This document shows positions 53,352 through 64,000 of a DNA stretch of 64,000 nucleotides, piece by piece. A program made the translations under genes and the position numbers. Origin of the DNA: Chrysomallon squamiferum (Eukaryota; Animalia; Mollusca). The stretch spans positions 12,214,001 to 12,278,000 of the forward strand of contig CM022675.1 in assembly GCA_012295275.1 (NCBI GenBank), read 5' to 3'. The notes beneath the pieces were generated by a model. The model saw only the letters and a program-made list of their open reading frames with translations, had not been told where the DNA came from and did no database searches. Position 1 is the first letter of the stretch. Every line of letters starts with the position of its first letter.

Positions 53352-53397
<46 letters not shown>

Positions 53398-53442
53398 TAG
53401 GTAGATAGATAGATAGATACATACATACATACATAGACAGAA

Positions 53443-53473
<31 letters not shown>

Positions 53474-53545
53474 TAGATAGATACATACATACATATATAG
53501 CCAGAAAGACAGACAGACAGACAGATAGATAGATTGATAGATAAG
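52820..53545. repeat. Compound (GATA)n/(GACA)n/(TA)n microsatellite
   Basis: Seen directly; explains the spurious 312-aa minus-strand ORF. Confidence 0.95.
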
Positions 53546-53805
53546 GAAAAGATAGGAATAGAAACAGAGACATAGATAAATGAGAAATATAAATTTTTAT
53601 AAATGTAAAGACACTTAAAATGATATAAAAATTTGAATAGGTATATTGAATGATGATCATGATGATGATAACAATAGTCGTAGTGTTAATAGCAGTAATA
53701 GTAAACAGTAGTAGTAATAATGGTAGTAGTAGTTTTATTACAGTTGTTGTTGTCATTTATATTTTTCTTATTCTAGTTATTATTATTATTTATTATTATT
53801 ATTAA

Positions 53806-54797
53806 CAGTCAGTAGTAATAGTAGACAGTATTAAGAACAGTAGTAGTAGTAGTATTCACTAGTAGTAGTAGTAGTAAGTAGTAATAGTAGCAGTCAGTAG
53901 TAGTAGTAGTATTCACTAGTAATAGTAATAGTAAGTAGTAATAGTAGAAGTCAGTAGTAGTATTCACTAGTAATAGTAAGTAGTTACAGTAGCAGTCAGT
54001 ACTAGTAGTAGTATTCACTAGTAATAGTAATAGTTAGTAGTAATAGTAGCAGTCAGTAGTAGTAGTAGTATTCACTAGTAATAGTAGTAGTAAGTAGTTA
54101 TAGTAGAAGTCAGTAGTAGTAGTAGTATTCACTAGTAATAGTAGTAGTAAGTAGTTACAGTAGCAGTCAGTACTAGCAGTAGTATTCACTAGTAATAGTA
54201 GTAGTAAGTAGTTATAGTAGAAGTCAGTACTAGTAGTAGTATTCACTAGTAATAGTAGTAGTAAGTAGTTACAGTAGCAGTCAGTACTAGTAGTAGTATT
54301 CACTAGTAATAGTAGTAGTAAGTAGTTACAGTAGCAGTCAGTACTAGTAGTAGTATTCACTAGTAATAGTAGTAGTAAGTAGTTATAGTAGAAGTCAGTA
54401 GTAGTAGTAGTATTCACTAGTAGTAGTAGTAGTAAGTAGTAATAGTAGCAGTCAGTAGTAGTAGTAGTATTCACTAGTAGTAGTAGTAGTAAGTAGTTAC
54501 AGTAGCAGTCAGTACTAGTAGTAGTATTCACTAGTAATAGTAGTGGTAAGTAGTTATAGTAGAAGTCAGTAGTAGTAGTATTCACTAGTAATAGTAGTAG
54601 TAAGTAGTTATAGTAGAAGTCAGCAGTAGTAGTAGTATTCACTAGTAGTAGTAGTAGTAAGTAGTAATAGTAGCAGTCAGTAGTAGTAGTAGTATTCACT
54701 AGTAATAGTAGTAGTAAGTAGTTATAGTAGAAGTCAGTAGTAGTAGTAGTATTCACTAGTAATAGTAGTAGTAAGTAGTTACAGTAGCAGTCAGTAT
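53806..54797. repeat. ~57-60-bp minisatellite built on (TAG)n, ~17 copies
   Basis: CAGTCAGTAGTAGTAGTAGTATTCACTAGTAATAGTAGTAGTAAGTAGTTA(C/T)AGTAG; units vary by whole TAG triplets. Confidence 0.95.
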
Positions 54798-55042
54798 TAT
54801 TAGTACTATTTATCGGTAGTAATAATAGAAATCAGTAGTGGAAGTAGCAGTACTAGAAGTAGGGGTATATGTAGTAGTAGTAGTAGGTATCATAATGATC
54901 CAGATATTTGGATATCGATCTAAAGAACTCCCACATCCAGAGTTAGCAACAAATACTCTATAATTTGATCTTTAACATAAATTCTACTGGAGACTGTTGA
55001 TCGCTTAAGTTAGGACATGCAGCATCTGGGACGTAATATTGA

Positions 55043-55180
55043 CCAATCGCTGAAAAGGGTAAAGACTTATAAGCCAAAGACATCTGGTACGATGTGTCAA
55101 TTTCTGTTTTACCTGTCAGACGAGTAAAGCAACTCGTCAAAAGTCTGATTATTCCGACCTTCATTTCATATGAGGTAAGT
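55043..55180 (+). promoter_or_regulatory. Candidate core promoter and first exon
   Basis: CCAAT 55043, TATAA 55068, consensus donor GAG|GTAAGT at 55174/55175. Confidence 0.35.
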
Positions 55181-55337
55181 TTTTGTTTTAATACACTTCA
55201 ATCAGGTCACGCCCCGTTAGAGAGATGAGCTATTTGTCATTGTGTATTTCCACATATTACGGATTTTATTTTTATTATTATTTTTTTTTTATAAACCGGG
55301 GAGAAAAAGAGTTGTGAAAAAAAGTTTGTGAAAATGA

Positions 55338-55382
<45 letters not shown>

Positions 55383-56735
55383 GAAGCGACGTTGTTTTAA
55401 AGAAAATTTAACTTGATGATGAAATTGAGGATTATGTTTAAGGTAAGGAATATTTTAAATGACGTCGTTATGAAGATATGGGATATGTTTCTTCCATTAT
55501 TTATTAGTTTATTATTTATTTAAATATATATATATAAACATACACATAAAGGTTTGGAGTGTAAGTGTGAAAGTTATAATGTTAACAAATATGAAAGTGG
55601 AAAGATTTCGCACAATTTACATCTTATCTGTGTCTTGAAAAATTATCATGTGAAACACCAAACAGACATTCCTGTACTTATTACTTATATAGTTTAGTTT
55701 CACACTTAAACAACAACCCTCCAGTTAAGAAAATAATAACAATTAAGATGATGATGATGATGATAATAATAATAATAATAAACAAATAAAATAAAATAAT
55801 ATTAAAGAAATACAAAATAATAAGTGTAAAATAAAACATTTGATGAACAATAAACTAAATAAAAATAAACACACAAACAAGAACAATACGAAAATAATAA
55901 ATAAATATATCTTTATACATTAAAGAATGTCATACATTTTATTACAATGTAGGAAATAATACATTTTACAACATTATATGAAATATTCCATCATAGGCTA
56001 TAATATTATAGTACACCACAGGAAATATTTTATTACATTATTTCATTACATTGTAGGATACAGCATTTTAATATATCATTTTATTGCGTTACAGGATATA
56101 ACAGGATACATAATGTATTTTAGTACATTACAGAAAATAATATATTTTATTGCATTATTGCATAAAGATATATATTATTTTATTACGTAACAGAATTTTT
56201 ACATTTCTAGAATATAATACATTTTAGTACCTAGTAGAATATATTTTACTATATTTATAGGATATATATATATATTTAGAACATGTAATATATTTTGATT
56301 TATTAACGGATATCTAGAAGTTCTTGATTGGACAGTGGGTATAGTTAAAAGTGGTTAAAGGTTTTCCTAAGAATGAATCAAAATATTTCAGGGTGAATGA
56401 AAATAGAATAGAAAATGCCAAAGAAATGATACCTGTAGATAAAACGATTACTATTTTAGCAAAGATTTCAAAAACACGGCTTTGCTTTTCAATTACATCA
56501 CGAAATATTACAGTGTAATATGCTAACAAAAAAGGAAAATTCGATACATACTAAATTGTTATGACATAATTCAACGGTAACAGATTTTACTCGACATAGT
56601 GCAGAACACTGTATGATTCGTACAACAGTGGTGTTAATATTGTCACATGTGTAACACAAGCAACATTAAACCGAGCTGAAAAGTCATTTATTTATTAATA
56701 TAGCGATCGACGTTGTTATAAAATACTGTTCAAAT

Positions 56736-56803
<68 letters not shown>

Positions 56804-57509
56804 AATTTATAAAATAAACCTTTTCTGATATATAAAATATTAAGTCCAGATAATTGGTCCGGTACCTGTACATACATACATACATACATATATATATATA
56901 TATATTTAATATCTGCGTCACATTACTTTTAGCCGAATTGTTTCGATGTTTTTCTTAGGTATCATTTAACTTATTATATACTGAACGCACTTGCAGTCAA
57001 CGTGATTAAATCAGGCGATATATTTCACCAAACGGTACTGTCATCGACAGAAGGCTGTGTACGTTGTGTTCACGAGCAAATTCATATTTCCTGCTCTTTT
57101 GAGTATCTTGGTGGATTATTTTCGAGATTCTGTCCTATTAAGTTGATATAAAAACTGATGTTCAATAAACAATTGTGGTTTGGAAAAGAGGATGTATAGA
57201 GTAAAAAATACGTCATTTTATGTCCTGCACATGCGCAGTTTCAAACATCCACGGAGAGTCCTAGTACCACACGACAGTGAATAAATGGGACTGACTTTTA
57301 ATCAAATATTATTAAGTGATACAAAAGAATTATTTATAAATCATACAAACTACAGTATTCTATCATGCTGTATGTCACCATAAGGATATAAGAATAAATT
57401 TTACTGCATAGTAATTTTGTTTTATTTTCGAATCGCAGTTGATTAAAACCGTTATGATGATGAATATGATGACGACGATCACAACAAAAATAACAGCAAC
57501 AAAGACAAT

Positions 57510-57517
57510 TACTACTG

Positions 57518-57564
<47 letters not shown>

Positions 57565-57567
57565 GAC

Positions 57568-57647
<80 letters not shown>

Positions 57648-57660
57648 CAATAATAATAAA
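57510..57660. repeat. (ACT)n-(AAT)n compound microsatellite
   Basis: Seen directly; explains the poly-T/poly-N and poly-L/poly-V ORFs. Confidence 0.95.
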
Positions 57661-57872
57661 GGTAATTTCGCCTTCATGTCACTGTTTTCAGTGTCCGCAA
57701 GAGGTTTTGCTTGGTTAAATTTACAACTGTATTTTTAAAATATTTTTAAATACTGCTACTGCCACTACTGCTACTATTATTACTACCATCACCACTACCA
57801 CAACTACTACTACTACCATCACCTTTACCATTGTTACTTCCACAACTAGTACCTGTATGCTTACAACTACTG

Positions 57873-57927
<55 letters not shown>

Positions 57928-59006
57928 ATATGTATGTATGTTTATATATATATATATGTGTGTGTGTGTGTATATGTATGTATGTTTATATATATATGTA
58001 CGTGTGTGTGTTTTTATATATGTATGTGTATATGTATGTATGTATATGTGTGTATGTATGTATATGATGTATGTATGTATAAGTATGTATGTATGTGTGT
58101 GTATTTAACACTATATACATTTATTTATGTCATATATAGCGTACCGATTTGAAAGGAGATTTAAGAGAAGAATTTACTCACTTTCTCTGAATCACGAACA
58201 TCTGGTCACTAGAAAGACGACGGACACGTCGTTCACAACGTCGCGACAGCTCTAACGTCCGACTTCCGGACACAGTCTGTGTCCTTGTAGCTTTATTGAT
58301 GACCACTGGTCAATTATGTTGCTGAATTAAGATTAACTTTTAATAATTCACTTAGCAGTCGGCTGTCAACGGGAACAAGAGAGAATTGTAGCATCTGTTT
58401 TGTGAATAGAAGCTGAAGCTTTCCCAGGTATGTAGTAACTCGTAAACTCCGTGTACTAGTGTGTTAGGTTAGAAAAAACTACTGTAAGCTGCTGTAACGA
58501 GACTGGAAAATTCATATAAAATATAGCGATTAAGCAGTACTATAAGACTTTCTTTGGTTAAAAACAATATTTTTTCCTGTTTTTATTTTCCTTTGATATG
58601 TTAGGACAATACTGGTGACATTTTGTAAGTAACAGTTATGGTTATTTTAAAAAAATGATTGGTGAATGATAGGAAGCTCTAAATATTTTGCATGGAAACT
58701 GTAATTAAAACCTTACTTACACCGCAATGTTATCTTATGACAGAAGTTTCTTATATTGTCAGAAAGAAAAGAAGGAAATGTTTCATTTATTGACACATTC
58801 AGTGCATTTTATTAACAATTACTTGGTCCATAACTGAACTGTGCATGTCCAGTAATTAATATGTGATTGTAACTATGTCTTAACCACCTACATTTACTTC
58901 TTTCGTTCACATGTGAATTATATTTTCAGCTTCCATTTTAATATTATCTTGTGCTCACATTTTCTCCTATTTATATATACACATGCTTTTATACAGGTAT
59001 ACGTAT

Positions 59007-59052
<46 letters not shown>

Positions 59053-62000
59053 TATTTATTTTTACATTTATAAACATTATACAGAAACTGTCATTAATTA
59101 TGTTTTAGTAAAGAAGAAGTAGAAACAGAACAGTAACAATAACAATAATACTTTGAGTATTATCTGGTCTTATTTCACGTCTTGTAAATGTCTGAGTTTG
59201 TTTATTTTATGCGTGTTTGTATGTCTATGTGAGTCTAGTACTTTAGCGCATTGTAATATAATTACGCAGTCTTATAACATCTCAATTTGTTAAAGATCGA
59301 TAGTGATTTTATGAATTTCTTTATTATTTAAAGTTATTTCACACATTTATATTGTGATATTATTTTCACGTAATGCACGATGTCATACATGCTTTTATGT
59401 TCTTGTAACGTACACTGTCAAACACGATTTTCTGTTTTCTTGTAACGTACCCTGTCATCACGTTTTTCTGTTTTCTTGTAACGTACGTTGTCACATTTTA
59501 CTAAAAATTCCTCCCTCTCTTATTTTCTGCCATACCTCTCTCTCTCTCTCTCTCAGAATTTAGCCAATAGCGATCAGTTTCAGTCAGCGTGATAAAAACG
59601 CGCATGATATGTTTACTTTAGTCTTTTCATTCTCGCTACATTTGATGTTTTGTTGGTGACAGCACGTGTAGCATTATGTTCCGTCAACGTGTGCACTGGT
59701 CTCTTTCTGGCTGCTGTCGAGTTCTGTGTTTATAGTGGACATCTAATCCCTCTCTACTCACCAACGAGCTAATAGTATATCAGTGTATTATTAATATGAA
59801 CTGATGCTTAATGAACGAGTATTACATAATAAATAAATAAAAAAAGAAAGAAAGAAAGAAAGAAATAAGTTTTTCGAAAATAATAATGATGTTCATCATA
59901 TTTTATATTATCTTAATGTTGTAATATAATAATTTATTTTGTTATTTTCTATGAATTATACAATAAAGGAAAGTTGGAAATATATACGTTATATTATTAA
60001 TACAACAGCATAATAATATCTTTTAAAATTACTAAAATATCACAATGATGATGATGTCGATTATGAAAGCGATAATATAAATGTTAAAAATAGCAAAATT
60101 AATAACAACAACAACAAAAAACTATTATCATAATTATCATCAACATCATCATTATACTTATCATCTGACAGAGTAATGAAAATGATCCTATAGGAGAAAG
60201 CCTTATCAAAAATTTATATACACGTGTTGCAGTGCGGTTGATAGTAGTTAAAGGTCAAGGTCTTTAAAAATTAATTCACTTTATCGACTTTAATTGTAAA
60301 TGAATCGAAGATGGCAGCAGAGAAAAACAATAGCTGCTTTCGCATGTTGATATTACACCAGTATAACCAGTAATCTTTAAATAATCAGGAAAAAACAACA
60401 ACCCAGTTTTAAAAATAATATATTTACTATATAGTCATAAATAATATAAAAGATAAATGAATCATAAACAGAATAAAAAACATGAAATTAAAATATATGC
60501 TTCACACACACTTTAACACACAGACACACACACACACACACATACACATACACATACATACATGTTTTATTAGTAGTATCAGTAGACACCCACGTGCATA
60601 TATGTGTGTGTGTGTGTGTGAAGACAAATGTGTAAGTCTTTGAACTAATTGATATTATATTTTCAAAGGCCACTGAATACTTTCTGAACTAATTCATCTT
60701 TTGAAATTCCAGTTTAGTTTACAATATCGCAAGCTATTCGCAGGAATATTGTAGAGTCCTTGTTTGGCAAATACCAATGGGAAACAGCTCAGTATATCAA
60801 GTTCAATGAATGTTTAAAGGGTTTTAACTTTGTAATTCTACACATTTCACATTGTTTAACTTATGCACGAATCTAGTCCCCAGTAAGTAACACTTCTACA
60901 GGATTATACAAAATTACTACATGTTACTACATGATCAAACAAGACTCTTCTGATAACAAAGCTGTCAGTGGTGAAGTTAGCTCATGTCTGGACAAAGAAT
61001 TCACTCGTAAAAACTTGCCAAAACTAATTACTACAATAAAAACAAAGCTTCTTGCCGTTAAAAGAAACCCATATCAGGTAACAGTGCAGTAAGGTGCGCT
61101 TTTCAGAACATCCAGTTTTCTGTCGACTGGGATGCGTCTATTTCATGTCCTCTTGCTTAGAGGAAGACGATTAACTGCGCTGATATCCACCGAGTTCCAC
61201 GGTTTGAGGTTTTTGTACACAAAATGCACAGAGTGCTCGCTTTTCACACACAGACTGCAATGAACTGCCCGTGATATCTCGAAATGGTGACGGACAAGTT
61301 GAGTTTTGACGCCTCCACTAAGAGAGAAAGAGATCAAATATAAACATGGATTTTTAAAGAAGAATAAAGTGGCAGTTTTATTACACCCTAGAATAACCCC
61401 GATATCAGTACCTTTGAAAATACTTGTATTATACTGAATGAAAAAATATCGTTATATGAACCTATTTAAAAATGAGCTCTGGATATTACAAGACATTAAT
61501 ACACAGTTTTAAAATAGTGTTTGACCTCGTCGTCATTTCGTAACAACATCCTGAGATAAAACAATAGACATAACCACACCAAATAATGTTATAGTCTGTC
61601 CTTTATATTCACTAACCTAGGATTTGATTAAGTTAGCTTGTTAATCACCCATGCTTTGCGATAAACAGGCAATTTCGAAAGAAGGAATAAATCTTTGACA
61701 ACTCAATACAGTTTAATACAGAATGTTTTTTTTTGTTGTTTTTTTCTTTATCTGTCGCACGGGTTTTCTTTTTAGTAATCATATCAGAGATGAAAGTGTG
61801 ACATTAGCGCAGAAGATGCTCTTTTTGGTTTGCAGCAAGCCATCTTTTTCATCTTAAGTTTAACGGACAAAAGTAAATTACTCATGGAGCAGTGACAAGA
61901 ACGGTAAATTATTTTTCATCCAACGTATGTTAAAAAGTCATTCACCAGGGGCATTACTTCGAGCCATGGCAAGAAAGGTAAACTGCGTAGCGCGCTTAGA

Positions 62001-62437
62001 GGGAAATGTATTTTGTTCACCATATCTACTCGGTCCAGCATTCTAGCCGCGAAGTACTGTTGTATTCTTAAAGGGGCTGATAACAAAACGACAAGGAATA
62101 AGAATGAATGATAGGTAATACAAAAATAAAAAATAAAAACAACATAGATACAATATCAGCGATTACGTTGTTTTTTTATCAGTTTTTTTGTTGTTGTGAT
62201 GTAGATACACAAAACAAAGACAGACACGTCTCAAGGCTACTCTGATTTAATTCTGCAATTTAAAATTAATAAAATATCAGGTGGGAAGCTGTAAAAATGT
62301 CTCCAGCACCATATGGTGAAATATTAAATATCTGCATATTAAAAATTGTTTGAGAAAAAAAAAAAAAAAATTTACACTTAATTATTTAATATAGAAGAAA
62401 TAAAATAAGCCAAACATTTGGATATACTCTTTTATTT

Positions 62438-62474
<37 letters not shown>

Positions 62475-62740
62475 TTATTATTTTTGATGTTCTTTGTTTA
62501 CAAAGAGAAACACTCATATCAAGGAAAAGCTTAACAAGTTTAAATACATCATAGTTATTATAGTCAGCATCACCAACGTCAATAACAATAATAATAATAA
62601 TAATTTATAATCATCATCATCATCATTATTATATTATTATTATTATAAGAAAGAGAAAAACAATAATAAGTAAAAGCCAAGAACAAACATGGTTATAAAT
62701 AGTATATATCTTCATATAATCTATTTAAAAGCAATCATAA

Positions 62741-62794
<54 letters not shown>

Positions 62795-62900
62795 TAATAA
62801 TAATAATAATAACAATAAAAGTTTAATAATAATAATAATAATTTGTAGAGGGAGTGTAAAGTAATAGAAATATGGCTCTAGGTCGACAAACAACTCATAT

Positions 62901-64000
62901 AGGACACAGTAGGTACAGTGGGTACTCTAGGGTAGGGTACACTGGTACTCTAGAGTAGGAGACAGTGGGTACTCTAGAGTAGGGTACAGTGGGTACTCTA
63001 GAGTAGGGTACAGTGGGTACACTAGAGTAGGCACAGTGGGTACTCTAGAGTAGGATACAGTGCCCTACTCTAGAGTAGGACACAGTGGGTACTCTAGGGT
63101 AGGGTACAGTGGGTACTCTAGAGTAGGGCACAGTGGGTACTCTAGAGTAGGATACAGTGCCCTACTCTAGAGTAGGACACAGTGGGTACTCTAGAGTAGG
63201 ACACAGTGGGTACACAGTAGGGGGACACTGGGTACTCTAGACACAGTGGGTAGGCTCAGTGGGAACTCTAGAGAGGACACAGTGGGATACAGTGCCCTAC
63301 TCTAGAGTAGGACACAGTGGGTACTCTAGAGTTGGCACAGTGGGAACTCTAGAGTAGGACACAGTGGGTACTCTAGAGTAGGATACAGTGCCCTACTCTA
63401 GAGTAGGCACAGTGGGTACTCTAGAGTAGGCACAGTGGGTACTCTAGAGTATGACACAGTGGGCACTCTAGAGTAGGAGACAGTGGGTACTCTAGAGTAG
63501 GACACATAGTGGGTACTCTAGAGTAGGATACAGTGCCCTACTCTAGAGTAGGTACAGTGGGTACTCTAGAGTAGGCACAGTGGGTACTCTAGGGTAGGGT
63601 ACACTGGGTACTCTAGAGTAGGAGACAGTGGGTACTCTAGAGTAGGTACAGTGGGTACTCTAGAGTAGGGTACAGTGGGTACTCTAGAGTTGGCACAGTG
63701 GGTACAGTGGGAGACACTCTCTAGAGTAGGACACAGTGGTTACTCTAGAGTAGGACAGTGGACACAGGTACTCTAGAGTTGGACACAGTGGGTACTCTAG
63801 AGTAGGATACAGTGGGTACTCTAGAGTAGGACACAGTGGGTACTCTAGAGTAGGACACAGTGGGTACTCTAGAGTAGGGTACACTGGGTACTCTAGAGTA
63901 GGACACAGTGGGTACTCTAGAGTAGGACACAGTGGGTACTCTAGAGTAGGACACAGTGGGTACTCTAGAGTAGGGCACAGTGGGTACTCTAGAGTTGGCA
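62901..64000. repeat. 24-bp GC-richer satellite with palindromic core, runs off window end
   Basis: TACTCTAGAGTAGGACACAGTGGG tandem units (roughly 45); TACTCTAGAGTA is a perfect 12-bp palindrome. Confidence 0.97.

Noticed and set aside
52054-54756. Long ORFs (194, 312, 240 aa etc.)
   Set aside because: Translations of TACA, GATA/GACA and TAG-based repeats.
55338-55380. T13-A30 hairpin as a functional element
   Set aside because: Homopolymer juxtaposition is common in this AT-rich sequence and the lengths are error-prone.
62901-64000. CRISPR array or repeat-protein CDS
   Set aside because: Eukaryotic context, no unique spacers, no cas genes; the ORFs are satellite translations.

Overview
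AT-rich, microsatellite-rich, intron-containing animal genomic DNA, probably an invertebrate such as a mollusc (inference only). The left ~39 kb is gene-dense and, by eye, CpG-depleted. It holds (1) the 3' part of an unrecognised multi-exon + strand gene (exons 457-12746), (2) a complete 9-exon cytosolic NAD-dependent glycerol-3-phosphate dehydrogenase gene (GPD1/GPD1L-like, 16324-22440, +, 351 aa), (3) a complete 7-exon UBE2Z/USE1 gene (33827-29504, -, 291 aa) whose frame requires a GC-AG intron, and (4) head-to-head with it, a CREBZF/Zhangfei-like bZIP gene with an intronless CDS (34504-35586, +). The right ~24 kb has no convincing coding exons and retains CpG. It contains tandem repeats, TE relics and several candidate first exons. 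Most notable: tandem duplications copying splice sites (7 copies of one terminal acceptor), a splice donor overlapping the GPD1 stop codon with several candidate alternative tails, a probable short/long terminal-exon switch in the unrecognised gene, an orphan exon plus competing RNA hairpins behind CREBZF, and a strongly self-complementary GC-rich island at 14.66-14.82 kb. All models were read by eye; no database search or folding program was run.
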